Shown here: in pieces, positions 42,782 through 50,444 of the stretch
How positions within the stretch are numbered: position 1 is the first letter of the stretch
Layout: the number at the start of each line of letters is the position of its first letter
Virus record (IMG/VR): IMGVR_UViG_3300050821_014614
Reading direction: 5' to 3' (one strand)
Source of the DNA: a virus
DNA length: 64,000 nucleotides
Program-made: the position numbers and the translations under genes
The notes under the pieces: generated by a model
Database searches by the model: none
Seen by the model: the letters and a program-made list of their open reading frames with translations, nothing else
What the model was told of the DNA's origin: nothing

Positions 42782-43090
42782 TTACGCGGCCCTCCGCTCT
42801 TCAGTCGTCGCGATCGCGCCCGCGAAGATCCGCGAGATCTCGCCGTTGACGAACGCCTGCAGGCGCTGAGACTCCGCATGCAGCGCTTCCTCGCGGATCT
42901 CGAATTCGGCCTCCGATCCGCCGCGCGCGACAAACGCGTGGTAGCGGGCCATCGAGGCGTCGTGCTCGCGGTCTTCGGCCTCGCGGGCCTCCGCCCTCGC
43001 GCATTCGCGCTCGTGTTGCGTTTCGCGATCGAGGCGGTCGAGGTAATCGTCTTTCGTTTGGATGTGCGGTTTGATTGGTGCGGTTCGCAT
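42782..43090 (-). CDS. hypothetical charged coiled-coil protein
   Basis: 102 aa; preceded by conserved leader copy 2. Confidence 0.5.
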   Translation of the reverse strand: MRTAPIKPHIQTKDDYLDRLDRETQHERECARAEAREAEDREHDASMARYHAFVARGGSEAEFEIREEALHAESQRLQAFVNGEISRIFAGAIATTEERRAA

Positions 43091-43128
43091 CGTTGTTTCC
43101 TTTGCGGGGGTTGCCCGTTTCCGATTGC
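43091..43128. repeat. conserved 5-prime leader, copy 2
   Basis: GTTTCCTTTGCGGGGGTTGCCCGTTTCCGATTGC; see copy 1. Confidence 0.55.
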
Positions 43129-43140
43129 TTACAGAACCAT

Positions 43141-43189
43141 CTTATAACCGTGCGCACGATTAGTCAATAGGCGTGCGCACGGTTATAAG
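43141..43189. repeat. perfect 18-bp inverted repeat with 13-nt spacer (operator or hairpin)
   Basis: CTTATAACCGTGCGCACG-13 nt-CGTGCGCACGGTTATAAG; further GTGCGCA copies at about 43232 and 43245. Confidence 0.7.
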
Positions 43190-43266
43190 AGTTATTTTGA
43201 GCAAGGTTCTAGTACGCTTCTTCGTTGACAGTGCGCAACATCCGTGCGCATGGTAAAAAGGAATGC

Positions 43267-43467
43267 ATGACAGATAAAGCTGCATCTGACTTGGCGGCAA
43301 AGCGCTGGAAAAAAACCACGAAGGCTGAGCGGAGCGAAGTTGCGCGGAGTATGAGCACGTCGCGCTGGGCAAACGCGACGCCCGAAGAACGGACGGCGCA
43401 CGGTCAAATGCTGGCGGCGGCGCGAGCTAAGGCGCGGAAGAAGAAGGCAAAAGAGGCAAAAACATGA
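43267..43467 (+). CDS. small basic protein with AAKRWKK / TPEER motifs
   Basis: Trimmed to ATG 43267 (AAGGAA SD); related to ORF 30026-30214. Confidence 0.5.
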   Translation: MTDKAASDLAAKRWKKTTKAERSEVARSMSTSRWANATPEERTAHGQMLAAARAKARKKKAKEAKT

Positions 43468-44102
43468 AGACGAAAACGGTATTACAAATGATCGTGATCG
43501 TCGCGCTGGCTGCGAGTGCGTTCGCCCAGTCGCCATCGCCGACGCAACAGCCGAGGTCAGACGGGCCGTTCGGCTTCCGCCGTGGCATGACAAGGGCGCA
43601 GGTATTGGCGGCGGTCGGCCAATCGTCCGTTGATACCACGCTCGGGGGCGAAGACACTCTCGTTGTCACGGTCGCGCCGAGGCCACATCCCTCCTTCACA
43701 AAATACGTGATGATCATTTCCCCAACGGACGGGCTTCTCAAGATGTTGGCGTTTGGAAAGGACGTCGAGACCAACGACTTCGGGAACCAGCTACGCGATG
43801 AGTTCGATTCAATCGTCGCTGGCGTTACCTCGGCGTATGGAAAGCCCACAAGGGCCGACGGTCTACAGTCCGGCAGTATTTGGAACGCTCCAAACGAGTG
43901 GATGATGTCATTGCTTAAAAAGGAGCGGATTCTCCAGTACGATTGGGACGTATCTTCAACGAAACCGAACCGGATTGAGACGGTTACCGTCAGTGCGGTC
44001 GCAGTATCTGAGCACCACGGGTTTGTTGATCTCACCTATGAGTTCGATGGATTCTCCGCATACGCCGAGGCGGTTGTGGCGAAACGAAATCGAGCCTTTT
44101 AA
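43464..44102 (+). CDS. exported protein
   Basis: 212 aa; MKTKTVLQMIVIVALAASAFAQ signal peptide. Confidence 0.6.
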   Translation: MKTKTVLQMIVIVALAASAFAQSPSPTQQPRSDGPFGFRRGMTRAQVLAAVGQSSVDTTLGGEDTLVVTVAPRPHPSFTKYVMIISPTDGLLKMLAFGKDVETNDFGNQLRDEFDSIVAGVTSAYGKPTRADGLQSGSIWNAPNEWMMSLLKKERILQYDWDVSSTKPNRIETVTVSAVAVSEHHGFVDLTYEFDGFSAYAEAVVAKRNRAF

Positions 44103-44139
44103 TCCGGCCCCGCGCCCGCGGCGCAAGGAGAATTAACAG

Positions 44140-44418
44140 ATGACTATCGAACGCAGACTCATCGCCGGCATCGACGACATCAAGGGCGTCACGTTCGAGT
44201 GCCTGAATTGCTCCCTGCGCCACACCGTGCCGCCCGAAAAGATCGGCGATATCCCGGCGCAGTGCCCGCGCTGCCACCATACGTGGATCCCATTTCCGCC
44301 CGCGTCCCCGCTGGTCGATCTCGCGTCGGCGATCGAGCGGATCCGCGCCCTCGATAAGCAGGAGGGAAATAAGCCCGGGTTTCGGGTGCTCCTGGAGCTG
44401 GACGCGCTGAAGCTGTAA
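44140..44418 (+). CDS. zinc-ribbon protein
   Basis: 92 aa; CLNC...CPRC; AAGGAGAATT SD. Confidence 0.5.
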   Translation: MTIERRLIAGIDDIKGVTFECLNCSLRHTVPPEKIGDIPAQCPRCHHTWIPFPPASPLVDLASAIERIRALDKQEGNKPGFRVLLELDALKL

Positions 44419-44470
44419 CGCCGCGCCCCGCGCCCGCGCGGGGGCGAACGCAAATAAGGAGAATTGAGGT

Positions 44471-44854
44471 ATGGACTGGATCAGAGCGAGACGAAAATGC
44501 TCCATCGAGCACGCCTGGAATACTCTTTGCGAACGCATCCGCACCGATATCGACACCTGGCGCGAAGCTGACGATCTCGCAGCGACTGTTGAGTTTTCCA
44601 TGGACGCCAACGTCGCCATCGTGACGAAGAATGCCCGCGGGGCGAGTACAACGCGCATTACCCTGCGCCACAAGGCCCACCATATCGCTGTCGAATTGCC
44701 AGGTAACCAGGAGCACCAGCATTCGCTGATACTGACACCTCTCCTGAACGAAACCGGCGAATGCAGGTTGCGCGCGGGAGGCGAGGAACTCGAATTCTGG
44801 CAGGCATCGCGTAAGATCCTCGAAAAGTTCCTTTTCGCCGACGGCGAAGCATAA
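44471..44854 (+). CDS. hypothetical protein
   Basis: 127 aa; AAGGAGAATT SD. Confidence 0.5.
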   Translation: MDWIRARRKCSIEHAWNTLCERIRTDIDTWREADDLAATVEFSMDANVAIVTKNARGASTTRITLRHKAHHIAVELPGNQEHQHSLILTPLLNETGECRLRAGGEELEFWQASRKILEKFLFADGEA

Positions 44855-44946
44855 TGCGGTCGCTCCAAGCAATAGCGAACGGCCTTATCGTTGTGGGCAT
44901 CGGCGCGATGGTCTTCCTCTTCGTCCGAATTTTGAGGCGTCTGTAA
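44854..44946 (+). CDS. 30-aa hydrophobic micro-ORF
   Basis: MRSLQAIANGLIVVGIGAMVFLFVRILRRL; TAATG overlap with the previous stop. Confidence 0.3.
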   Translation: MRSLQAIANGLIVVGIGAMVFLFVRILRRL

Positions 44947-44951
44947 AACCA

Positions 44952-45188
44952 GTGAAGCGCTGTAAGGTCACCGTCGACGGCCGCACCATCACCGTGGAAG
45001 CGCGATCCCTCTTCTACGCGGCGATCGCCTATAACGCCGAGGCGATCTGCGGGGTCGGCGCCCGCCCGCCGAAGCTTACGCCCGACAGCATCTTAGAGAT
45101 CCTCGTCGAAGGCGAAGCAACCCCGCGGCGCGTGGCCTGGAAGCGCGTGCAGGAATGGTCGAACGCGCAAGGCCTCCCGAAACGCTAA
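44952..45188 (+). CDS. hypothetical protein
   Basis: 78 aa, GTG start. Confidence 0.45.
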   Translation: MKRCKVTVDGRTITVEARSLFYAAIAYNAEAICGVGARPPKLTPDSILEILVEGEATPRRVAWKRVQEWSNAQGLPKR

Positions 45189-45215
45189 AATACCGGGCAG
45201 GGAAGGCGGCGCAGA

Positions 45216-45638
45216 ATGATCGCGCGAATCAACGACGTCGATTATCACATCCAGTGGAGCTATGCGCGCCGCGAAGGCAAGCGCCACCGGCTAGCCCGCA
45301 ATGCGCCCGTTCCCGGCGTCACCGCGTGCGCGATCTGTTGGATCGGCGATGCCGGCAGGATTGTCAGCGCGCTCGGCCAGTCAGTCTGTTCTGCCGCGGA
45401 CAACTGGAACCGCGCCGAAGGCCGGGCGTGGGCATTTGAAGATGCGGTTCATCGCTGCGGGCTTCTTCGCGGCGATATTTCCATGGGGCTCGATCGTTGG
45501 TTCGCCCAGCGCTTTCCTCGGCACGCGCCTCCGGCGAAACGCGTAACCGTCCGCCTCTCCGACGCCGACATTGCATGGCGCAAAGAGGAGGGGCGCGCGC
45601 GGAAGGCGCAAGCCGCGCTTGCGGAGGGCGGCCAATGA
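45216..45638 (+). CDS. hypothetical protein
   Basis: 140 aa ORF. Confidence 0.5.
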   Translation: MIARINDVDYHIQWSYARREGKRHRLARNAPVPGVTACAICWIGDAGRIVSALGQSVCSAADNWNRAEGRAWAFEDAVHRCGLLRGDISMGLDRWFAQRFPRHAPPAKRVTVRLSDADIAWRKEEGRARKAQAALAEGGQ

Positions 45639-45751
45639 GGGCCTGGCTCGTTGTAGCGTTTGTTGCTATCCTACCCGACTGCATGGTGGAAGCGTTGACC
45701 AGGCAGATACGGTATCGGCGCCTGCGCGCGCAAAGGGCGGCAAAGGCATGA
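45635..45751 (+). CDS. 38-aa membrane micro-protein
   Basis: MRAWLVVAFVAILPDCMVEAL...; ATGA overlaps at both ends. Confidence 0.35.
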   Translation: MRAWLVVAFVAILPDCMVEALTRQIRYRRLRAQRAAKA

Positions 45752-45933
45752 CCGATTGCGTAACGCGACCGGAACCCCAGACGATCCAGCGGACGCCCAG
45801 CGCGTCATGCCCGGCGTGCAGAGCGATGCGGCAGCACGTCGACGCGGAGTGGGTGCAGTTCCATCCGGACGCCGGCCACGGGTTTCAGCAGGATCGCGGA
45901 TGGACAAAGCCCGGACTGGAGGGGAATCGCTGA
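45748..45933 (+). CDS. small hypothetical protein
   Basis: Trimmed to ATG 45748. Confidence 0.45.
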   Translation: MTDCVTRPEPQTIQRTPSASCPACRAMRQHVDAEWVQFHPDAGHGFQQDRGWTKPGLEGNR

Positions 45934-46367
45934 TGTGCGGGCAATGCGGAACGCGACCGGCTATATCTGATTCTGCTTTGTGCGGCGAATGTTTTCGCGC
46001 GTCTATCATCGCGCCTCCGGAGACCGACGCCAACGGGCGTTACATCCTCGAAGGGCATGAAGCGGTCCCTTGCGTCGATCTTCTGACATGGGGCCGGTGG
46101 CTCGAAGACCATCGCGCAGAGTGCGGCGTCGCGCATGAGCAGTTCGGCGATTACGAAGTAAGCACGATTTTCATCGGGCTGGATATGAATCTCTGGCGTC
46201 TGCGGGACGGCGACAACGCGCCACCGATGCTTTTCGAAACGATGGTCTTTTCCGGTTTCGACCGCGCCGGAGGAATTCAGGCATGCGCCCGGTGCTCCAC
46301 CTGGACGCAGGCGGAAATCCAGCACGAACGCCTCGCTCGGCAGTTCCGCCTCGCCGCGGTCTCGTAA
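45933..46367 (+). CDS. hypothetical protein with N-terminal Cys4 motif
   Basis: Trimmed to ATG 45933 (MCGQCG...CGEC). Confidence 0.5.
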   Translation: MCGQCGTRPAISDSALCGECFRASIIAPPETDANGRYILEGHEAVPCVDLLTWGRWLEDHRAECGVAHEQFGDYEVSTIFIGLDMNLWRLRDGDNAPPMLFETMVFSGFDRAGGIQACARCSTWTQAEIQHERLARQFRLAAVS

Positions 46368-46375
46368 ACGCAAAA

Positions 46376-46402
46376 CGCCCGCCCCCGGGTTAGGGGCGGG
46401 CG
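46376..46402 (-). terminator. strong GC hairpin terminator between convergent blocks
   Basis: CGCCCGCCCC-7 nt-GGGGCGGGCG; the T-tract (TTTTG) follows it only on the minus strand. Confidence 0.6.
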
Positions 46403-46463
46403 CGCGTGTCTGATGGGATTGCCGCTGTGACTACCAGCTTATCGCGCGGGCTGCGCGGATCGC

Positions 46464-48128
46464 TCAGTAAGTGACCCAGTTCGAGCCATTGCACATGACT
46501 GGCACGAAAGTTCCACCGCCGCTCACGTATGTACCCATGAACGTCGGACTGGCGGCATCGTACACCGTTTCCTTGTCATTCGCGAGTTGCCCGTTGCAGA
46601 CTGGAAGCGGAAAACCAGACGCGCCATAGAGCGAAATAGACTGCGAATTATGCAGAGTCACGTTCAGGGCGCCAGATCGGGTAATGAACTGCATTCCGTT
46701 GGAACCGGAGCCCGCGCTGTTTGAGGGGCCGTAGAGCATGTAGTCGATAGTTCCCGCCAGCTTGTTACCGGCGTCCACGATCAGGGAAGAGCTCGGCGCC
46801 ATCCAACTGGTGCCCCAGCTTTCTCCATCCATATGGAATTTAACCGGCACAACCGAGGAAGCCCCGGAGTCAACCGCGATCATAATTGGTGAACTCTCGA
46901 CCCGCGCGGATCCCTCGACGTCGTGATTGTAGGCGTAGAGATAGATGCCGGCATTACAGCCGTACAGGTATGGAGAGGTCATCAGGCCGTGTTCCCCGGG
47001 CACCAGGCAATGGTTCATGAACGCGACTTTGCCGCCAACCTCTAACTGCACGTTGTTGTATGCCTGCGGCATCCAGATACCGGTACTGCCGCCTGTCGGC
47101 GCGTTCCAGGTACAGCAGGGGCTTGCTACGTCCGGCGCAGAAGCAACAACAGTATGATTGCCAACGTGCGCCTGCAATGCGTTCGCGAGCATCAGGCCGT
47201 TTAGTTTCGTCTGGGCCGGAAGGCTCCAGTTCAGGTTATCGGTAACCAGATCCAGGCCTTCAAATATGCTCCCGAAGTTGCCGGAAGTCGCAGCAACATA
47301 GGGCGCTGCGGAGAAGGCTGAGTTACCTGACACATTCGGTGCGTCGCTAAAATCCAACGTCACGTTCGGCGCTTCACCGAGCAGCGTCACCGGGACCGGG
47401 AAACCATACCCGACGCTTTGCGGCACTGTCAGGATGCCGCCGGTCGCGGGGTCCGCCACACAATTCATGCGATAGTAGCCATCCGTTCCGGTCTGCCGGA
47501 ACCACACGATGCCACCGGCCCCTGTGTTGTAAGACGCTGCTATAGCAGCATTCGCCGAAGCGCAGTCGCTGTGCTTCACAGTTACCCCGGTGACGGCAAT
47601 CGTGCAGTTCACGGCCAGGGTGAAGATATTACCGGAAATCGCCGTGACCTTAGTCGCCAGGTTTCCATGGGGGTTTTGGGTTACGGTAGAAACGCAGCCG
47701 GGAATCCAGATACCGTGACCAACAGAAAATGTCGCCGCGCTGACTACGGTCAGAGAGTTTGTGTTGGCCGCTATCGTCCCTGTCGTCGTCGCCGCTGAGC
47801 CGCTTGCACTGTAGTTTGCGACAACGTCGTATTTGTAGAGCGACGAGGCGCCTGCGCCGCGCAATTGCCACTGCCCTGCCGCGACAGACGTGCAGGCCGG
47901 AGCCGGGGTGCCCGCTGCCGCGCCGCATATGTACTCCGCGACCGGGCTGGTGGCTGTGTTGAGGTAGCTGTCCTGCGAAAGATTGCCGGCTACAGATCCG
48001 GGAGCCCCGGCGCCGTTGAACGCGCGCGGAGTGACGGCAGAGATGGCAGGCGTATTCCGCTGCCCGATATCGCGGACCTGGCCAAAACAGGAAAGAGCGA
48101 TGAAGACGAGCGTGAGGGCGAGCTTCAT
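46464..48128 (-). CDS. exported beta-helix (pectate-lyase/tailspike-like) protein
   Basis: 554 aa; MKLALTLVFIALSCFGQ signal peptide; Gly/Asn/Thr/Ser-rich with ...GAGGIVWFRQTGTDGYY... segment. Confidence 0.6.
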   Translation of the reverse strand: MKLALTLVFIALSCFGQVRDIGQRNTPAISAVTPRAFNGAGAPGSVAGNLSQDSYLNTATSPVAEYICGAAAGTPAPACTSVAAGQWQLRGAGASSLYKYDVVANYSASGSAATTTGTIAANTNSLTVVSAATFSVGHGIWIPGCVSTVTQNPHGNLATKVTAISGNIFTLAVNCTIAVTGVTVKHSDCASANAAIAASYNTGAGGIVWFRQTGTDGYYRMNCVADPATGGILTVPQSVGYGFPVPVTLLGEAPNVTLDFSDAPNVSGNSAFSAAPYVAATSGNFGSIFEGLDLVTDNLNWSLPAQTKLNGLMLANALQAHVGNHTVVASAPDVASPCCTWNAPTGGSTGIWMPQAYNNVQLEVGGKVAFMNHCLVPGEHGLMTSPYLYGCNAGIYLYAYNHDVEGSARVESSPIMIAVDSGASSVVPVKFHMDGESWGTSWMAPSSSLIVDAGNKLAGTIDYMLYGPSNSAGSGSNGMQFITRSGALNVTLHNSQSISLYGASGFPLPVCNGQLANDKETVYDAASPTFMGTYVSGGGTFVPVMCNGSNWVTY

Positions 48129-49024
48129 TGTGTGATCGACCCTCCGTTTATCGTGCAGTTAGTGGTGCCACCCCCGGCTTCGACGAATTCGTAAAAGTAG
48201 CCGTTCGGTATAATTCCAACGATTTCCTGGTTAAAGCCGCCCACAATCTGAAACCAATTCGTGTTGACCGATACGGTTGGCGGTGACGCAGCCCCCGCTA
48301 AAACTGCCATCACCTGGCTGCTGCTGCAAAAACCGCCGCCCGCTACCGTCTGCGGCGCTCCCGACGTGTTCTGATAAATGGTTCTAATGGCGAATGAGAA
48401 ACTGGAGATAGCCGCAAAAGGCGCCGCACCGCATGTCGCCGTCACAATCTGCGAACTGGAATTCGTTCCCACGCAGGTTTGTGAAGCTGGCACGGCGGCG
48501 CTATTCACACTGTTAATCAACGTTCCGAACTGCGCAGGCGAAAGTTCCACTATCGCTGTCGCGCCGGCAGACGCCGATGTCAGAAGCGTGCCGATGATCC
48601 GCGTCGAGGTACTGATCGAGGCGGACGCCGTAGGGCCGGAAAACCCGGAGTCGCGGCAATCGATGACTGTGGACGTCCCGGGAATCACGAGATGGCCAGC
48701 CGTTGCGTTGTTGTCCATGACACACGCGACCTGCCCGTAACGCTGGACCTGCACGGACGCCGTAGCGATGGCCGTCGAGAGCGCTACACCGTGCGCGCCT
48801 GCGCCGGTTGCTGCGATGGCTTTCGCGGGCGAAGACGTGTCCGTTATTACGAGCGTATTCGCTGTCACGCCGCCTGAGCCGGCGATGAACGTTTCTGTCG
48901 CACACGCCTTTGCGTTGATCTCAGCTGCTGCTACCGTGCTGCCGCTGGCAGATGCCGAACACTGTCCGAAAAGTGAAGCTCCGGAAGCGGCGAGAATCAC
49001 CGCGAGAAATATGGTGTTTTTCAT
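48125..49024 (-). CDS. exported Ala/Ser/Thr-rich fibre-like protein
   Basis: 299 aa; MKNTIFLAVILAASGASLFGQ signal peptide; 4-nt overlap with the next gene. Confidence 0.6.
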   Translation of the reverse strand: MKNTIFLAVILAASGASLFGQCSASASGSTVAAAEINAKACATETFIAGSGGVTANTLVITDTSSPAKAIAATGAGAHGVALSTAIATASVQVQRYGQVACVMDNNATAGHLVIPGTSTVIDCRDSGFSGPTASASISTSTRIIGTLLTSASAGATAIVELSPAQFGTLINSVNSAAVPASQTCVGTNSSSQIVTATCGAAPFAAISSFSFAIRTIYQNTSGAPQTVAGGGFCSSSQVMAVLAGAASPPTVSVNTNWFQIVGGFNQEIVGIIPNGYFYEFVEAGGGTTNCTINGGSITQ

Positions 49025-49025
49025 G

Positions 49026-50156
49026 TTAGTTAGTCATCCCTGTCCATTGAGAATTTGTCGCGGCAGTCCATTGCGAATTGGTCATTCCGGTCCACGAAAG
49101 ACTCAGATTTGGACCGTTGCCCATTCCGGTCCATTGCGCATTTGTCATCCCTGTCCACTGCGCGTCGGTGAGCTGAGTCCACAGCAAAGAAGCGCCGCAC
49201 GAAGCCCAGCCGTACGCGTAAGACGGTCCGCTCGTGACGGTGACCTGCGGGCAGTAAACGCCAACGACCGATGGAGGCGAGCCGAACACACCGATGGACC
49301 CGGCAGGCCCTGTCGGCCCCGGCGCTCCCGTTGCCCCCTGCGCGCCAGTCGATCCGATCGCGCCCGTGCCGCCTCCGAGAATCGTTACCGATCCGGTGAA
49401 TCCGCCGGGCCAGGAGAATGTAATATTGCCCGACGAATCCGCGGACCAATCGCAGGCGATGGAGTGCGTTGAGGCGTCGAAACAAAAACCGGCCGGATGA
49501 ATGCCCTGCCCGTGCGTCGCCGCAGTGACCGTCAAAGTCGAAAGCGCGGTTACCGTTGCTGGGTAAGGCGCGTTGCCTGTGCCTGGAGGCCCGGTGCCGC
49601 CCACCGCGCCCACCGCGCCAGTTGCGCCGGCCGCACCCGCCGATCCGGCCGGGCCGGTGGGCCCCGGAGGTCCCCCGCTCGGGCCTCCCGGCCCGGTGGC
49701 GCCCGTCGCTCCCGTCGCGCCCGCCGCGATCACGACGTTCGGCGTCGTGAGGCACCCGATTGCGCCCGGAGTGCATTCGATCGCGCTGACCAGATAGGGG
49801 CCGCCCGAGGAAGGCACCGTCCAGTTACGGGTGAACTTGGTCGTGCCCACAATAGGCGGCGGGTTATTGACCGTATAGCTCGCCACCACGGTCGCGCCTG
49901 GGGGCACGCAAACGAGAGCGGCAGCGTTGTAGTAGAGAGTTCCCGCTTTAACCTGCACCTGCATCTGGCTCTGCTCCATCTGGGGATTCCCGGAGATGGT
50001 ATAGTTCAGCGCCAGGGCGATCGTGCCCGTCAGCGGACCCGCCAGTGTGCTGACCGGGCCGGTAATCTGGATGCCGGTCGGCGCCGCGCAGCTCTGGCCG
50101 TATAGCGGAATGCCCGGCGCCGCCAGAGCCACGAGTGCGAGCAGGAGTTTGGTCAT
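49026..50156 (-). CDS. exported collagen-like fibre protein with C-terminal Trp-heptad repeats
   Basis: 376 aa; MTKLLLALVALAAPGIPLYGQ signal peptide; two G-X-Y tracts; C-terminal (T/N)xxQWTGM repeats. Confidence 0.7.
   Translation of the reverse strand: MTKLLLALVALAAPGIPLYGQSCAAPTGIQITGPVSTLAGPLTGTIALALNYTISGNPQMEQSQMQVQVKAGTLYYNAAALVCVPPGATVVASYTVNNPPPIVGTTKFTRNWTVPSSGGPYLVSAIECTPGAIGCLTTPNVVIAAGATGATGATGPGGPSGGPPGPTGPAGSAGAAGATGAVGAVGGTGPPGTGNAPYPATVTALSTLTVTAATHGQGIHPAGFCFDASTHSIACDWSADSSGNITFSWPGGFTGSVTILGGGTGAIGSTGAQGATGAPGPTGPAGSIGVFGSPPSVVGVYCPQVTVTSGPSYAYGWASCGASLLWTQLTDAQWTGMTNAQWTGMGNGPNLSLSWTGMTNSQWTAATNSQWTGMTN
49029..49178 (-). repeat. in-frame 21-nt tandem repeats (heptads xxxQWTG)
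   Basis: WTQLTDAQWTGMTNAQWTGMGNGPNLSLSWTGMTNSQWTAATNSQWTGMTN at the C-terminus of ORF 49026-50156. Confidence 0.7.
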
Positions 50157-50174
50157 TTGGGGAATTCCGGGGAA

Positions 50175-50393
50175 TTACTTAGCTGATGGAGGAAGCCCAG
50201 CCGCATCGACGCAAATCAATTCCAGCGTCGGAACTCCGTCAATAAAGACGATCCCCACAATGCAGGGATATGGCTGCGCAGGCATCACCGGCGCGGGTGG
50301 CCTTGGCTCCGGGCGCCGCGGCATTGCTCCGGCCGTCGCCCCGATACAAGACATGCAGGCGGCCGCTAGCGATAGCCCGATGAACTTTTTCAT
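50175..50393 (-). CDS. small exported protein, possible lipoprotein
   Basis: 72 aa; MKKFIGLSLAAACMSC; the ATG lies only about 10 nt after motif copy C. Confidence 0.55.
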   Translation of the reverse strand: MKKFIGLSLAAACMSCIGATAGAMPRRPEPRPPAPVMPAQPYPCIVGIVFIDGVPTLELICVDAAGLPPSAK

Positions 50394-50400
50394 GTACCCG

Positions 50401-50444
50401 GCTAATCGGCGCGCAGGCGGGAAACGTGCAAAGGGCCCGGTTAG
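50401..50444 (-). promoter_or_regulatory. conserved motif copy C (TTGCAC-17 nt-CGATTA), promoter-like
   Basis: CTAACCGGGCCCTTTGCACGTTTCCCGCCTGCGCGCCGATTAGC on the minus strand, between the spike gene and the exported-protein operon. Confidence 0.55.

Noticed and set aside
43225-43230. Consensus TTGACA as the -35 of a promoter for ORF 43267-43467.
   Set aside because: No acceptable -10 hexamer lies at 16-19 nt. The nearest A/T-rich hexamer is 23 nt away.
49029-49178. Heptad repeat region as the variable repeat of a diversity-generating retroelement.
   Set aside because: There is no reverse transcriptase gene and no separate template-repeat copy in the window. The repeats are simple in-frame tandem units.
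49030-49776. Long alternative-frame or antisense ORFs in the track. Examples: 315-725 +, 922-1518 -, 6914-7666 -, 6979-7683 +, 39933-40715 +, 49030-49776 -, 49497-50105 +, 53838-54647 +, 55069-55776 -.
   Set aside because: They are Arg/Pro/Gly/Ser-rich, fully nested in ORFs with recognisable motifs or sensible operon context, and lack start-site context. This is the expected open-frame noise of GC-rich DNA.
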